A DNA stretch of 64,000 nucleotides, taken from NCBI GenBank assembly GCA_965113315.1, contig OZ220364.1. The stretch is one strand, 5' to 3'. The stretch comes from Podarcis vaucheri. Taxonomy: Eukaryota. Below are positions 1-11,789 of this stretch, piece after piece. Below the pieces are notes generated by a model. That model did not search any database. It was not told where the DNA came from and worked only from the letters and a program-made list of their open reading frames with translations. A program made the translations under genes and the position numbers. The stretch's first letter is position 1. The number at the start of each line of letters is the position of its first letter.

Positions 1-559
1 GTCATTCATGCAGAGCCAGTTTTCAGGCTGTGCAGAGAGCTATTTTGGCTCTGTTACTTATATGAGGTTTGTGTTTTTTTTAAAAAAAGATGTGCAAGAG
101 AAGCCTTTCATGCTGCCTGTGCTGGTTTCTTCTTGGAACGTGTCAATTTCAGAGTTTCTTGCTAACAGACTTGTAGCATCTGGAGATGAAAATAACTGCA
201 AAAGAAGCACTGTGGTTAGTGGGGTCTTGCAGTGTCCAAAAGATGGACGTGTTTCTTTGGCCGTTCTGTAGGCCTGAGCCATCATGGTGAACACAGCCCA
301 GCAGTGGCCTGAGAGGTGCTTAGCAACTGCCTGTTGTTGTTTTTTTAAAGTCTCAGGCATGCCTAGCAAAAAAATCAGGAGCCACCAAATGTGGCTAGTG
401 GTCTGCATTCAGTTTGGTGGGTAACAAACTGTGCAGGCCTGCTTTATAGTGTTTACATTTTTCCAGATGTTTTGAATGGATGGAATGCTACTGTACTGCA
501 GCTACCAGTGAAAAGAGAAAATTCAGTTTGTGATCAGTCAGCTCTCATGAGTCATGAAG

Positions 560-1110
560 CAGTTGTGTGGCTACTCAGGGAGATTTTAACATAAGGTTAC
601 CAGATTTTTTTCAATGAATCTGGGGACGCTTTTCAACTTCAATGGATTTTGTATAGGGACTGATTTGTAAATCCAGGGACTGTGGGTTAACTCCGTTGGG
701 AGAAAGATGGGGGAACACAACCCTGTTGATTCTCCCTGTCCTCTCAGCGGCTTTTGATTCTGTGAACCATGGTATTTTGCTTGTCCTCTTAGCAATTTTT
801 TGATAATAGTGAGTGTCCACGGTATCATCTGGCTAACATGGGCATGGTAGCAGAGTGATTCTGTTCCTGCCTGTGGGGTTGGTTTCAGAAAGAAGCAGCA
901 TGGTTCTGTCTTACCTACCATCTACCACTTCGTGCTTTTTAATGAAGCAGCTTTTGGCAGACCACCAGAGGGTTTGGAGTGAGGTGTCATCGGCATACTG
1001 AGCTCTGTGTACATTCAGCTCTGTTTCTCTGTCATTGGAGGCAGGTGAGGCTGGACAAGTGCTGAACCAATGTTCAGTAGTTGGCTGGATGAGGGCCAAT
1101 AAACCTGAGG
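560..1110 (+). mobile_element. Decayed L2/CR1-clade LINE reverse transcriptase fragment
   Basis: Frameshifted remnants in order: LLILxxLSAAFDSVNHGIL (~722-780), CGV...GSVL (~870-915), GFGVRCH (~970-990), AGEAxQVLNQC...GWMRANK (~1040-1105). Confidence 0.75.
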
Positions 1111-1130
1111 GGCTGCACTTAAAAGGCTAT

Positions 1131-1357
1131 GGGCAGGATTCAGGTAATGAATCCTGTCAGCGGAAGCCTATGCAAATACTTCTTGTGCAATAGGACGCCC
1201 CCCTCTTTCCCCAGGTGATCCTCAAACACCCAGAAATTGACTCAGAGTGGGTCAGGAGAACCCCTGGAACAGCATGTTGGGGGAGCTGAGGGGGATCTTT
1301 CCATCCAACAAACAGAAATGTAATAACAGAACGATCAGCTTAGTTCCATTCCATCCT
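1131..1357. mobile_element. Old non-autonomous DNA-transposon-like repeat (similar copy at ~11498-11710)
   Basis: Shares the internal layout C-rich block / GAACCCCT(G/A)GAACAG / G-rich block with the 11.5 kb copy. It truncates the upstream L2. Confidence 0.35.
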
Positions 1358-1711
1358 ATTTCTCCAGTTATCACATGCCATGTTATCAGTTGCATTTATA
1401 TTATGTATAATTTTCATTTGTAAACTGTCTTGAGATGGATTGTAATAGGTAGTATTAATATTTTTATAAATGAATAAATAAATCAAGAGGCAGGAGGGGA
1501 GCCCCTGATTATGATCTCAGTAAATGGATGGGCTGGTATAGAAGAAGGCAGTCTGGTAAATATCTGGGTCCCAGGGCTTTAAATGCTTCAAAACAACATT
1601 TGTAAATAACAATACTGAAGCTTTTAAATCTTGCTCTTTTAAACACAGCTTGTTTGCTTTTATATTCCCTGGTTTCTAAATTGACACATTCTACTTTGAT
1701 GCTCCATTTAG

Positions 1712-1818
1712 GGGCCTGGTGTTCGTTGCTCACGGTGCTGGAGAACACTGCTGTCGCTATGATGACTTGGCCCAGATGTTGACGGGAATCAACTTTTTTG
1801 TATTTGCCCATGACCATG
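1712..1818 (+). CDS. MGLL: Monoglyceride lipase, internal coding exon (107 bp; equivalent to human exon 3)
   Basis: tttag acceptor at 1710-1711 and GTGAGT donor at 1819. Translates (g)[35 protein letters not shown](g), matching MGLL [23 protein letters not shown]...FAHDH with the oxyanion HG motif. Not shown in the ORF track. Confidence 0.97.
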
Positions 1819-2469
1819 GTGAGTGCCATTGAAAGAACAGTGTGTGGCTGAGATAGCAAAAGGGATGAAGTCAAATGCTCTTCGGTGTTTAGAAACAGAG
1901 ACCGTGAATTAATTCTAAGCAATGGTAAGACAGCTGATGTGGCTCCACCTATCTGCATTATTTTGTCTGAGTGCCAAATGAATGTGTAATGCAGTTGCTT
2001 ACATCCAAAATGTTGAGATAATCAAATATGAGGATTGATTGGAATGCTGTTTACATTGCAACCTGTACTTGAGATTGTGTGTGTGGGAGGGATGGTGAAA
2101 TATGGAAAACGTGTTCTAGTAACATTGGTGCTCTAGGAATGTGGTCCCAGAGTATGAAGGCACATGAGGTGACTGAAACTAGGGAGGTCTGGGTCTGGTC
2201 AGTGCCTGACCAGGTAACCAACTGGGAACCAAATGAACTGTGCCTTGGGTTCCATGGCAGAAGAAAGATGAGATATAAACACAATAAAAAAGTTTTGGTG
2301 TATGACACACTTGGGTTCTTTGGCTTAGATATGAAGGTTTCAGTTTTTGTTGCATTTGCCCTTCATTCTGGTTGCCCCTACTGTACCATAATTCTAACTA
2401 TTCTGGGAATTATGGGGACATCTGTGGAAGGAAAATGTTTATGTTTTTGTCATAAGGATATGCGAAAAG

Positions 2470-2700
2470 CCATGCAGGGTCATACCGAAGTTCCACCTAA
2501 TCCTGCATCCTGTTTTTCATAGCCAGCTATCAGAGTCATCTTCTGGAAATCTCACAAGCAGGGCATCTCCCTGGTTATTGCTCTCCAGTAACTACAGTTC
2601 AGAGGCATATTGCTTCTGGACCTTGGAGATTCCATAGCATTGTCATGGCTAATAACCATTGATAGAACTATCCTTGCTTGGATCTATCCTCCATGAAATA
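2470..2700 (-). mobile_element. CR1 LINE 3' end fragment
   Basis: Contains ttcagaggcatattgcttctg...catggctaataaccattgatag...atcctccatgaa, shared with the copies at 10.1, 33.3, 33.8, 39.2 and 62.1 kb. Confidence 0.6.
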
Positions 2701-4669
2701 GACCTATCCTTGTCCTAAAAATGCATTGTAGCCCTCAGTTTCATAAAAGCCTTTCTGACTAGCTTAGCTGGGGTGGGAAGGGAACTTTGAAGAAACAGAA
2801 GGATCTGTCTCCCGAGAGGAAGTGGGCCTTCTTCAGGCCTACTTTGTTTTTATTAGAACCTCAAGATCTACCTATAAGAGTCAGGGTAAAGCACAGGGTG
2901 TCTGTCTTCACACATTTTGAGCCTAAAATTTTCTTTTCAGTACAGAAATGAGATAATCCTGTCACACACAAGTCCACATCTGGTTGGCTTTCTTCATTTC
3001 AGCAGTGCAGTTTAGGCGGTGGTGGAGAACAACTTCATTGTTTCCATTGTTAAACAGTTTAGAGTCAAAGACCTTTGCCAATCTATACTCAGATCTGCCA
3101 GAAGATCCTGCTTTCCTGTCTGTCCCCACTTGCTATGAAGCCATATTGTCTTCAAGAAAACAAAACAAAACTTTATATAACTTTTAGATGTTTCTCTCCT
3201 TCTTCCCACCCCGTCCCAAATGACAATATTATTAAGGATTTTCTTCTACACACCCAAATTTTGCTTCCTTCCAAAGGCAGAGCAAAGTTCTTCCATTTGA
3301 CTTGTTAATTAGAACAGGCAATTGAGGACAAGTGGGTTGGAGCCAACATCTGTAGTGTGCTCTCCCATTTTAAATTCACACAAGAAGAGTGACCCTACTT
3401 CACTTTGCTCCATTCTCTCCACCCTCCCACTGCTTGATTTTTTCCTGACAGATCCCACTGTTTTCTGGGAAAGTTCTCATCTGTTTCTGCAGGTTTAAGG
3501 AAGGCACATGGATTGCCATGTCCCCATGTTTGTCTTCCCAAGAAACCCCAATTATTTCATTAGGCAGCCTTATGCTGAAGCCATGCAGTTTGAGCAATTA
3601 AGTTCATAATTCCCCCTAATGACCATCTGGGAGTGTGCACTTGAGCTGCATCCAGGGTTGAATATATCTCTTCTCCCCCCCACCCAACCCATGTTAATGA
3701 CACTTAATGGTGGCTATTATGCTTTGAAAGGTACACACATTCTGTTTCCTGATCCATCAGGAACCTACAGGGAGAAATGCCTTGTGAAGCATTTGTTTGG
3801 GCTCTGCTACTCTTTTGTCTCTCACTAGAAAAAGAGCAAGGCGTGAGGGCTGCATTGTAGGGTTTTGCTGCTGCATATATTGCCCATTCATCTCTTCAGT
3901 CACGAGGACTTGAAAATTCATTGGTTTTGTTTTTATTCTCTGGTATTTGCAAGACTCTGACGATATTCAGTCAATCATACAAAGAGATTTTTTGAAGCCC
4001 CAGAGCTCTTCATGGAGACCAGAAATGGGACAGTGACTGAGGGCCAAAGTCAAAAACACACACAGAGAGATCAATGTAGCCCAGCCACAACCCCCAAGAA
4101 AACTGCAAACAAGCTAGGAAATGAAATGTTTTTAAAAGGAACTTCTCAGCTGTTGCACAACTGAATATATAACATTTTAAAGCCACACACAAAAAAGTAC
4201 CTTCTTGTGGAACCAAATGGAGGGGAGGGGCAATGGCACACACCTGGCCTCCTGTGCCTTTTCAGCAAGGAGGGGTGGTGGAGAGGTTGGCATTGTGCGA
4301 ATACACTGGCAGCTAAGCTGGTGAGCCCCCTGGTGTGTCCACAGTGCTGACTCCCCATTTACTCGCCCCTCTTCCTTCTGGTATGCTGCAGTGCTGCTGC
4401 TGCTGGAAGGCGAAGTGTGTATCTCCTGTCCCGCTGGCTGCCTGCCTTGATACATGAAGCATTGACAAATAGGTATGCTAATGTATGACAAACACCAATG
4501 TATAGCAAATACTAGTTAATCTATAACAAATACCAAATGTTTTGACCAAGCATATAAGCATTTCTCTCTTTGTCCATTGTTCATACATCAAGGTGTGTAC
4601 ATGTTTGCGTACTTCTGTCTTGTCAGGATCTCTGGCAGCATGCCAAGGAGCAGTCCATAGCTCAGCCTC

Positions 4670-4830
4670 CTTTTTAACCATCCGATATGCCCTTTTAAAA
4701 TGTGGCTCTTTCTTTTTGGGAGGGGTGTTATTGGGTTGTTGTTTTTATTTTGATTATATTGTGGTTTTTATGTCGATCTTTTCTGTGAACCGCCCTGAGA
4801 CCTCTGGGTATAGGGCGGTATATAAATCCA

Positions 4831-4872
<42 letters not shown>
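4670..4872 (+). mobile_element. L2-type LINE 3' end with terminal stem-loop and (AAT)n tail
   Basis: T-rich UTR, then the stem ACCGCCCT (4789-4796) / AGGGCGGT (4812-4819), then a pure (AAT)~13 tail at 4833-4872. CpGs are retained. Confidence 0.75.
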
Positions 4873-4873
<1 letters not shown>

Positions 4874-5228
4874 TACTGGTATTTAGTTGCACAGTATTTG
4901 AGAAGTTCTTTTTTATACAGTTTGTTTCCCAACTTGAGGGCCAAACTCCACATTATGCTAAAAGTATTTTTTTAAACTAACATGGTTAGAAAAGACTCAG
5001 CCATGGAGGTGAATTGGGACCATGGCATAGCTGGGATAGGCCTCGGCTCTTCTCCTTGCAGTTTTCCTGTCAAAAGTCACTCCCCTCCCCCCAAAGGTGT
5101 AACACCTGTGGTGGGAACAAATAGGAGCTTTGGGGTGTGGTTTCCAGCCCAGGAAAAACAGCAACATGAAAACCCTCTGTACCATGTTGTTGTTGTAAAG
5201 AAAGTAATGTGGCCAGTTTTATGATATA

Positions 5229-5604
5229 CAGTATTGGCCTGAATATAAGCCGCTCTTTCCCCCCAAATTCTGACCATGAAAAGTTAAAAAGTTCAACTTA
5301 CATTCACGACCTTACGATATGCAGCCAGGAGCGCGGGGCAAACAGTGCCAGGAGCGCCGCAAAGCGGCACCCGCCCTACACATATTTCCCCATCCCCTTC
5401 CCTAAGGTTGGGAAGGGAGAGAGCAAGGAAGGGGAAAGGCCGTTGGCAATGCAATGCTGCCCCCCCCCCCGGTATGCAGCCAGGAGCAGCGAGGAAGGGA
5501 GCGGCTTATATTCAGGTATTTTTTTTTCATTTTTTTTCTTTTCCCCCATCAATTTTAAAGCTGCAGCTTGTATTTGGGTGCCGCTTATATTCGGGCCATT
5601 ACGG
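5229..5604. mobile_element. Tc1/mariner-pogo (Tigger-like) MITE
   Basis: TIRs CAGTATTGGCCTGAATATAAGCCGC and GCCGCTTATATTCGGGCCATTACGG (21/25 complementary), flanked by TA at 5227-5228 and 5605-5606. Interior is CpG-rich. Confidence 0.85.
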
Positions 5605-5781
5605 TACGAAGGACTGTAAATCAGCTTTTATGTTATTGTACTGGAAGTTCTGTATTATTGTTTATATGTGTCCTTCCTTTTCATTGGCTGTATTTTTTAG
5701 ATTCATTTCAAAATAGAATTACACAAAATGTATTATTTGGCCCTGGCCTTGTTCAGTCTATTAATGGAGACAACTCCTGTA

Positions 5782-5830
<49 letters not shown>
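5782..5830. repeat. (AAT)16 microsatellite
   Basis: Read directly from the sequence. Confidence 0.95.
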
Positions 5831-6202
5831 TCATCTTGAATTGGATCTCAGTGAAACTGATGCTGAGGTATCTGGCCTAGTGTTTCAGGAGCTGACAACA
5901 GCCACCTGTCAAAACTCCTTGTTTCACTATGCAGTAACTCATTGTATGCCCATGCTAACATCATACATTGTTCAGATGTTCACATCATACCCAATAGGTT
6001 ATCAGAAGGTGAAGAAAGTTCGTACTAATGAGAGATCCAAAATCTATTCTTGGAATATAGTCCTTGGTAGGCCTTTTGTGATGTTAGATAAAAGGGCACT
6101 GTAGGGATGGACTTCCAACTTTTTCGTGCCTGCACCATTGATAATATTTGTAGCTGGAAAGAAGAGCTGCTGAGTTGCTTGTCAGGCCAAGCACGCCTTT
6201 AG

Positions 6203-6290
6203 GGGAAGGGCTGTAAGTCAGTGGCAGAACATATACTTTGTACTCAAAACACCCCATGTTCAATCCCAGCATCTCCAGGAATGACTGGGA
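6203..6290 (+). mobile_element. tRNA-derived SINE head (Squam3-like), partial
   Basis: gggaagggctgtaagtcagtggcagaaca (A box) ... gttcaatcccagcatctccagg (B box). Confidence 0.6.
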
Positions 6291-8356
6291 GGAGATGCAA
6301 CAACTGGAGGATGTGGGACCAGTTGTTCTGTGTCTTTGTGAAGGTGTTGAAATATGTCTGCATACCCGTATTGTGGGCTGGGACCAAAGCAGTTGTAAGT
6401 TTCTTACCATGTTGACTGGGCCTGTTGGGTGTATCACTACATGATTGGCTGCATCCACGTAGGTTACAAATGTTTTGGCTCCTGTGGAGTTCTGCTGTGT
6501 GAAACCAATTTCATGCCTTCTGAATGGGAACTGTAGACATGCTTGCACCCAGGCCATTTGCTTGAGTGCCAGGCCTTCAGAAGCCTTCATCCTTTGAGTT
6601 TGGGGCTGCAGTTAGGACTTGTGAGGCCTCTACATTATATGCTTTTGGTTCTTCATCTTCCTCAGTTTGAGACACATACATCCCCAGGATGTACAGTATA
6701 TGTTTAAACCCGAAAGAGATGAGTTCTTCAGAGGAAATACTTCAGAGGAAATGGCACATCTGGAAACTGGGGAGGGTGGAAAATAGAAGCAAAGAGGCTT
6801 CTGTTGCACTGCATGATGAGGGCTGTGCTCCCTCCGTATCCCTTGAATGTCTTTTATGCTGGAGAATAATGAATAGCTTTTTTAGCCACAGATGCTTTAA
6901 AAACACACACTCAAAAATCCCTTTGAGTTTCCAAAATAATCCATTAACAGTTTGCACCTGGTAAAGCTATTCCATTCAGTTAGTTTATGTGAGTCAGAAC
7001 ACATTATCAAGGCATTAGAGTCTTGGAGATGTTTTTGGATGTGTCACCAAAGCCTTCTGTGTAGTAACATCCTCCCCCCTCCGCGCAATTGAAAAGTCAT
7101 GCAGAGGAAAGTGGATCAAGATTGCTTCATTTTGTCACGTATGCACTTCACAGTATTTTTAGATTTATTTTAAAACACACGGATACAACTAGGAGGCACC
7201 ACTGTTTTCTTCACTTATGCAGTGTTTTATAATGTGCTTTCCCAATATCTGGGTTTCTTTCGAGGTTCACTGCAGTCGGCAAAGTTAATGTTGCTTGGAT
7301 GACATTGTTCCTCACTTCCATATGTTCAGATATTTGGATTTATTTGAAGTTGAGCCTTAAGTCTGAATTTCTTCATTGTTTCTTTTCTACATTCTTGCAG
7401 TCCTTACATCACTGATCTAGTCTCTTAATGTTCTTTCACAGTTTGAGGGCTGGTTTTATACAAAGGTGTGTAAGTGGTGCATTTCATGAGCGGCAACAAG
7501 AGGAAGGGGGGAGTAGGGGCCATTTTGAGCTAGAGGTCGGAGGGACAAGGGTTAAGCTGTTCATCTCAAGCTCAAGGCCTCCTGAGACTGCTTTTGGTCT
7601 ATTATTAATCACTCTGAAAGATAAGGGTGATTTGGGAGGAACCTCAAATGCTTTGATTGAGGCTGTTTTCTGCTGTATGCTCATGGGGGTGGTAGAGGGT
7701 TGATGAAGGACCCCAGGTGAGAGATCGGGAAATGCTGGTGTCCTAGGGTGAGAGGTTGGGAGGAGAAAGGAAAGATTTCAGGTGAGAGCTGGGAGGAGCT
7801 ACTCTCTTCTGTGGGAAGTAAGGGCTAAAAATTCCTTTTAAGAGAAGACTCCATATTCTGCTTATTTTATTTGTATTATTTTAGCCACTATTTTATTGTA
7901 TTATGAAAAACTTTAATAGGAATCTCATTACGAAACAACAAGATGTATTTGCCCAGGGAACAATACATATTAACTATGTGTCCTTTCTTGTTTGTCCACT
8001 GTGGGCAGTGCTTATTAATTTTGACCGGATAATTGATTTCAGTAACCTTGTAGCCTGCTTCACAACTTTGAAAACTTCCAAATTGGCAATAAGCGTTTTA
8101 AAAACAAATAATGTGGTTTTCTCTCAGCTACCGGCAGCTGCTCCTTAATGACAGCCACACAGAATTTAGCATTGTGAAAGGCCCAGCATCTGTTTGGCTC
8201 TTAATAATAGCAAGTAATCAATAATGAAACATAACCAGATGCTTCTTAGCTCCTTCCCATGAAGGGGCCTGGCCATGGAGTGTTAAAATGCCAGAAGTTT
8301 CCATCAAGTGGGAAGATGCTGTCGTATGTCTCCATCCCTAACAGCTCCCTTTAGAG

Positions 8357-8702
8357 CAGGGGTGAAGGAACTCCTTAGACCAGGAGACCAAATGTGGCCT
8401 TCCAGGCCTCTTTTTTCCCTGGCCTTTGGGATTCTCCTCATGTTTCACCTCTTCCCCAGACCACAACCCTCACTGGCCCTTCTTTGCTCTCTCGATAATT
8501 TTTGCCTAATGACTCCAGGCTGAAGGAGAGAAAGGGCTTTGTGAGAGTGTGTGTAGAAACTAGCCTACTGCACAGAGTGCAAATTTTACATTTGTTGTTC
8601 TGCCCGCTTTTGCCTCTGGCCTCATCTGCCACTGCCATGTGGCCCCTCAAAGGTTACCCAAGGGAATGGGGTCCTTGGGCTGAAAAAGATTCCTCATCCT
8701 TG
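8357..8702. mobile_element. hAT (Charlie-like) MITE, ~345 bp
   Basis: Termini CAGGGGTGAAGGAA...TTCCTCATCCTTG; 8-bp TSD CTTTAGAG/GTTTAGAA. Related pieces at ~25700-25997, ~31150-31305 and 33531-33683. Confidence 0.7.
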
Positions 8703-9396
8703 GTTTAGAAGTTGATCCTGAGGTGCTTCATCTATTCAAGGTTGAGCAAAAAAGTAGATGGGGCAGGCTGGGCTTTGCAGCATTGCATATTCCTTTACAA
8801 TACTGAGGACCAAAAGATAAATGTTGTTTTCCATTCACTTGGAAGGTCAGATCAAAGGAAAAAGGAAAGGCTGTTCCTTTCCTATTATTCAGAAGTCTTT
8901 TAAGATGTTTGCGACTGAAGTGCACATTTCTTTCCTCCAGAGAGTCCCCATTCTAACCATGGCGTTTTGCATTCCCCAGGAAAGAGCCCTGTCATTAACA
9001 AAGGCTTTACTGTTCCGTTCTGTTTCATGAAAAGCAGGAGCAGTAGGAATTGTACATTTTAAAATATTTGGGATTCTTCTGCAGGGGCAGGGTTTTGATC
9101 TCAAAGCCTTTCAAGGTCCATTGTTGCAGAAAGCAGAGAAACCTTTTAGTGGTGTGTGCTGGTGTGCAGCATTTGAAAGGGATGATTTACAAGAAGAAGT
9201 TGAAATGGAGTATGTTTGTTCTTGTTGGGGGTGAGGGGAAGGAAAGAAGTACGGCTAGATATGCAGTTACTGAAGAGTTTTTGGAGAGATTTGTTTCTGG
9301 TATGGTGAGGTTGGTTTGTGGCAAAAAAAGGGAAGGAAAGCGGGGAAAAGAAGATAATTGTGTCCAAAAATATTATAGGAAAGACATTGTCTAGTA

Positions 9397-9532
9397 CAGG
9401 TATCACCAACCTTTGGCCCTCCAGATGTTTTGGCCTACAACTCCCATCATCCCTAGCTAACAGGACCAGTAGTCAGGGATAATGGGAATTGTAGCCCAAA
9501 ACATCTGGAGGGCCAAAGGTTGGGGATGCCTG
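9397..9532. mobile_element. Palindromic hAT MITE (136 bp)
   Basis: 58-bp inverted arms with 5 mismatches, CAGG...CCTG termini, TSD GTCTAGTA/GTCTGGTA. Confidence 0.9.
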
Positions 9533-10090
9533 GTCTGGTAGTTTCCCAATAGAGTTGGTTCCCCGCTGTCCAGAACTCATTCATCCAAGAAGGCATTCAT
9601 TAAAGCACACTGGGTTTTGTTTTTTTTTAATCCAGGAGTAATTCATCCAAAATAAACATTTTCCTCTGGTTTTCTTTGTACATGCTAAGTGTGAGGTGCT
9701 CTACCTGCCTCAAGTTCCTTGAGAATTGTAATGGTGGGCGAGGAATGAGCACATTGGGCAACTGTGCCATTGAATGAAGGCAACCTCTTAGCATTAAAAT
9801 CAAATAAACAGAGAGTACAACAGAATGAACATTGTGGTCAATAGCTTTGTGCCCCAATTGGCTCCTTGCATCTTTATGGACAAACCCTTTCAGCTAAATC
9901 CCCCATGCAAACAGAAGTGTAGTAAGGCATGAATCGTTCTAGAGGTCTAGTTAGCATAGCTGTGTTGCTTGTACATAATAAAATATATAGAATACATTGG
10001 GATGATGTCTATTCCTTCCATTGTTGACCACAGAAATCCATGTGCTCATTCCGTCATTGCAGCCCTACTACTTATGTGAACTTAAGAAGT

Positions 10091-10410
10091 TCACATAAGA
10101 AGTTCACATAACTTCTTAACAGACTGAAGACCTGTCTAGTGCACCATTCTGTTCCCACAGTGGCCAACTTTTGGAAAGCCCACAAGCAAGATACAAGTAC
10201 AATAGTCCTCTCTTGCTGTGGTATCTCTCTTGATTCTGGAGGTAACCATCATGACTAGTAACTACTGATAGGTTCATCTTCCATGAATGTATCTAATCCT
10301 CTTTCAAAGCTGCCCAATTTGGGGTCAGTCAGCACAAAGTGACTTTGTGAATTCCATAGTTTAACTATGTGTTGTGTAAAGAAGTACTTCCATTTGCCTA
10401 TCCTAAATCC
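10091..10410 (-). mobile_element. CR1 LINE 3' end fragment
   Basis: cataagaa tail remnant followed by ctgttcccacagtggccaac...gaattccatagtttaactatgtgttgtgtaaagaagtacttcc. Confidence 0.7.
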
Positions 10411-11789
10411 CAAATTTTCAGTTTTATTGAGCAGTAGTTTTAATTCTTGGCTTAGCTCAGGAAAATCTGAGCATCTCCAGCTTCATAGACCTTGCTTGGT
10501 TTTGTATATACTACCGGCAGCAGCTGCTGTTCTTATATCCTGCAAGCTCCAATTGAATTGCATTGCACAGAACCCATTAAGAAACCAGACCTTTGGTCCT
10601 TTGGATTAGATCTTGCAAACACCATCATAAAAAGGTGAAGATACAAAATTACCATTCAAATTAGATGTGCTCTGACCTTCCTCTACATCTTTTTACGATC
10701 TTTGGGGCTAGATGGGGATGCTAAGACATGACTAAAGCCTTGTTTCATGCCCTGCATCACAGCAGGATGGATTAACGAAGTACTGTAATAATGTTATCCT
10801 CAGTTCCTATAGCTATTAGGAATTCAGAACAGGGAGCTCCTAAACCTAAGCTGTAGTAATTAGAATATTTTACCAGCAAAGAAAGCTTTTAGATAGGTAA
10901 TTTCACAAGCATCTTGGCTGTTTTATGGGAGCTCTGGAAGCTGTGATGACCTATTGGGAATTCTCACCCGCATCTCATCTACCTTCATGAAGAAGTAGGG
11001 GGTATGAGGAGAAGCAATTATAAACATTCCCCTTCTTCTGAGGCAGATGACAGAGCAGGGGATCAGAAATAATTTCAACCACCAATCTACTATATCACCG
11101 GGGGGGACATAATCCCCATCCCCACCCTAATCAATCTTCTTTTAACTTCTGAAATGGGATAGGGCCATTAAACTGCCAATGATTATGTTTTTTCCTCCCC
11201 ACCCCAACCCTTTTAAAGTCTTAATTTTCACCTTCCAGCCAAAGCATTTCAAAGGACACGTCTTTATGTTGCACTGCACTGTATAATACATTTCCTGCCA
11301 AGAAGAGCTAGAGACAGAAGGTCCCTCTACAATAACCAGGAACAAAATCCCATGAAAGGCTAGCAGATGACTCTACAGATTGCGCATAACTTGGTTGTGG
11401 TTTTCCAAACAGTTTCACAAATTCAAGCACTCAGGTTATGATCACTCAGCAAAGCTCTGATACCTACTCGAGCTTGGGTGTTAAATCTAAAGAGAGAGCG
11501 GTATTCAGCTGCCACAGAAATTCCCACTTATGCAACTGGACTTTACCCCCTCTCCTCCCACCACACCACTCCCAAATCTGCTCTAGGCAGTTGTGGGAAC
11601 CCCTAGAACAGATTTAGCAGGTAAAGGGGGCAGGGTCCATTGTGGAAGCAGAAATCCTTGCGACAGGCAAAATGCCTGGTTTCATGCACAGCTTTTGCAC
11701 CCCAGTTGGAGGTAACTCTTGTTACAGTAGTTCCACTCCTACATGCAGGGTTGCTTCCAGAAAGTAGTACAGTACTTCAAGATTGCTGC

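Noticed and set aside
911-1099. Minus-strand ORF with QYADDT suggesting a minus-strand RT gene
   Set aside because: All flanking RT motifs are on the + strand and frameshifted; only this local palindrome reads on the minus strand.
1509-1958. 149-aa minus-strand ORF overlapping the first MGLL exon
   Set aside because: Antisense shadow of the real exon plus intron; no recognisable domain.
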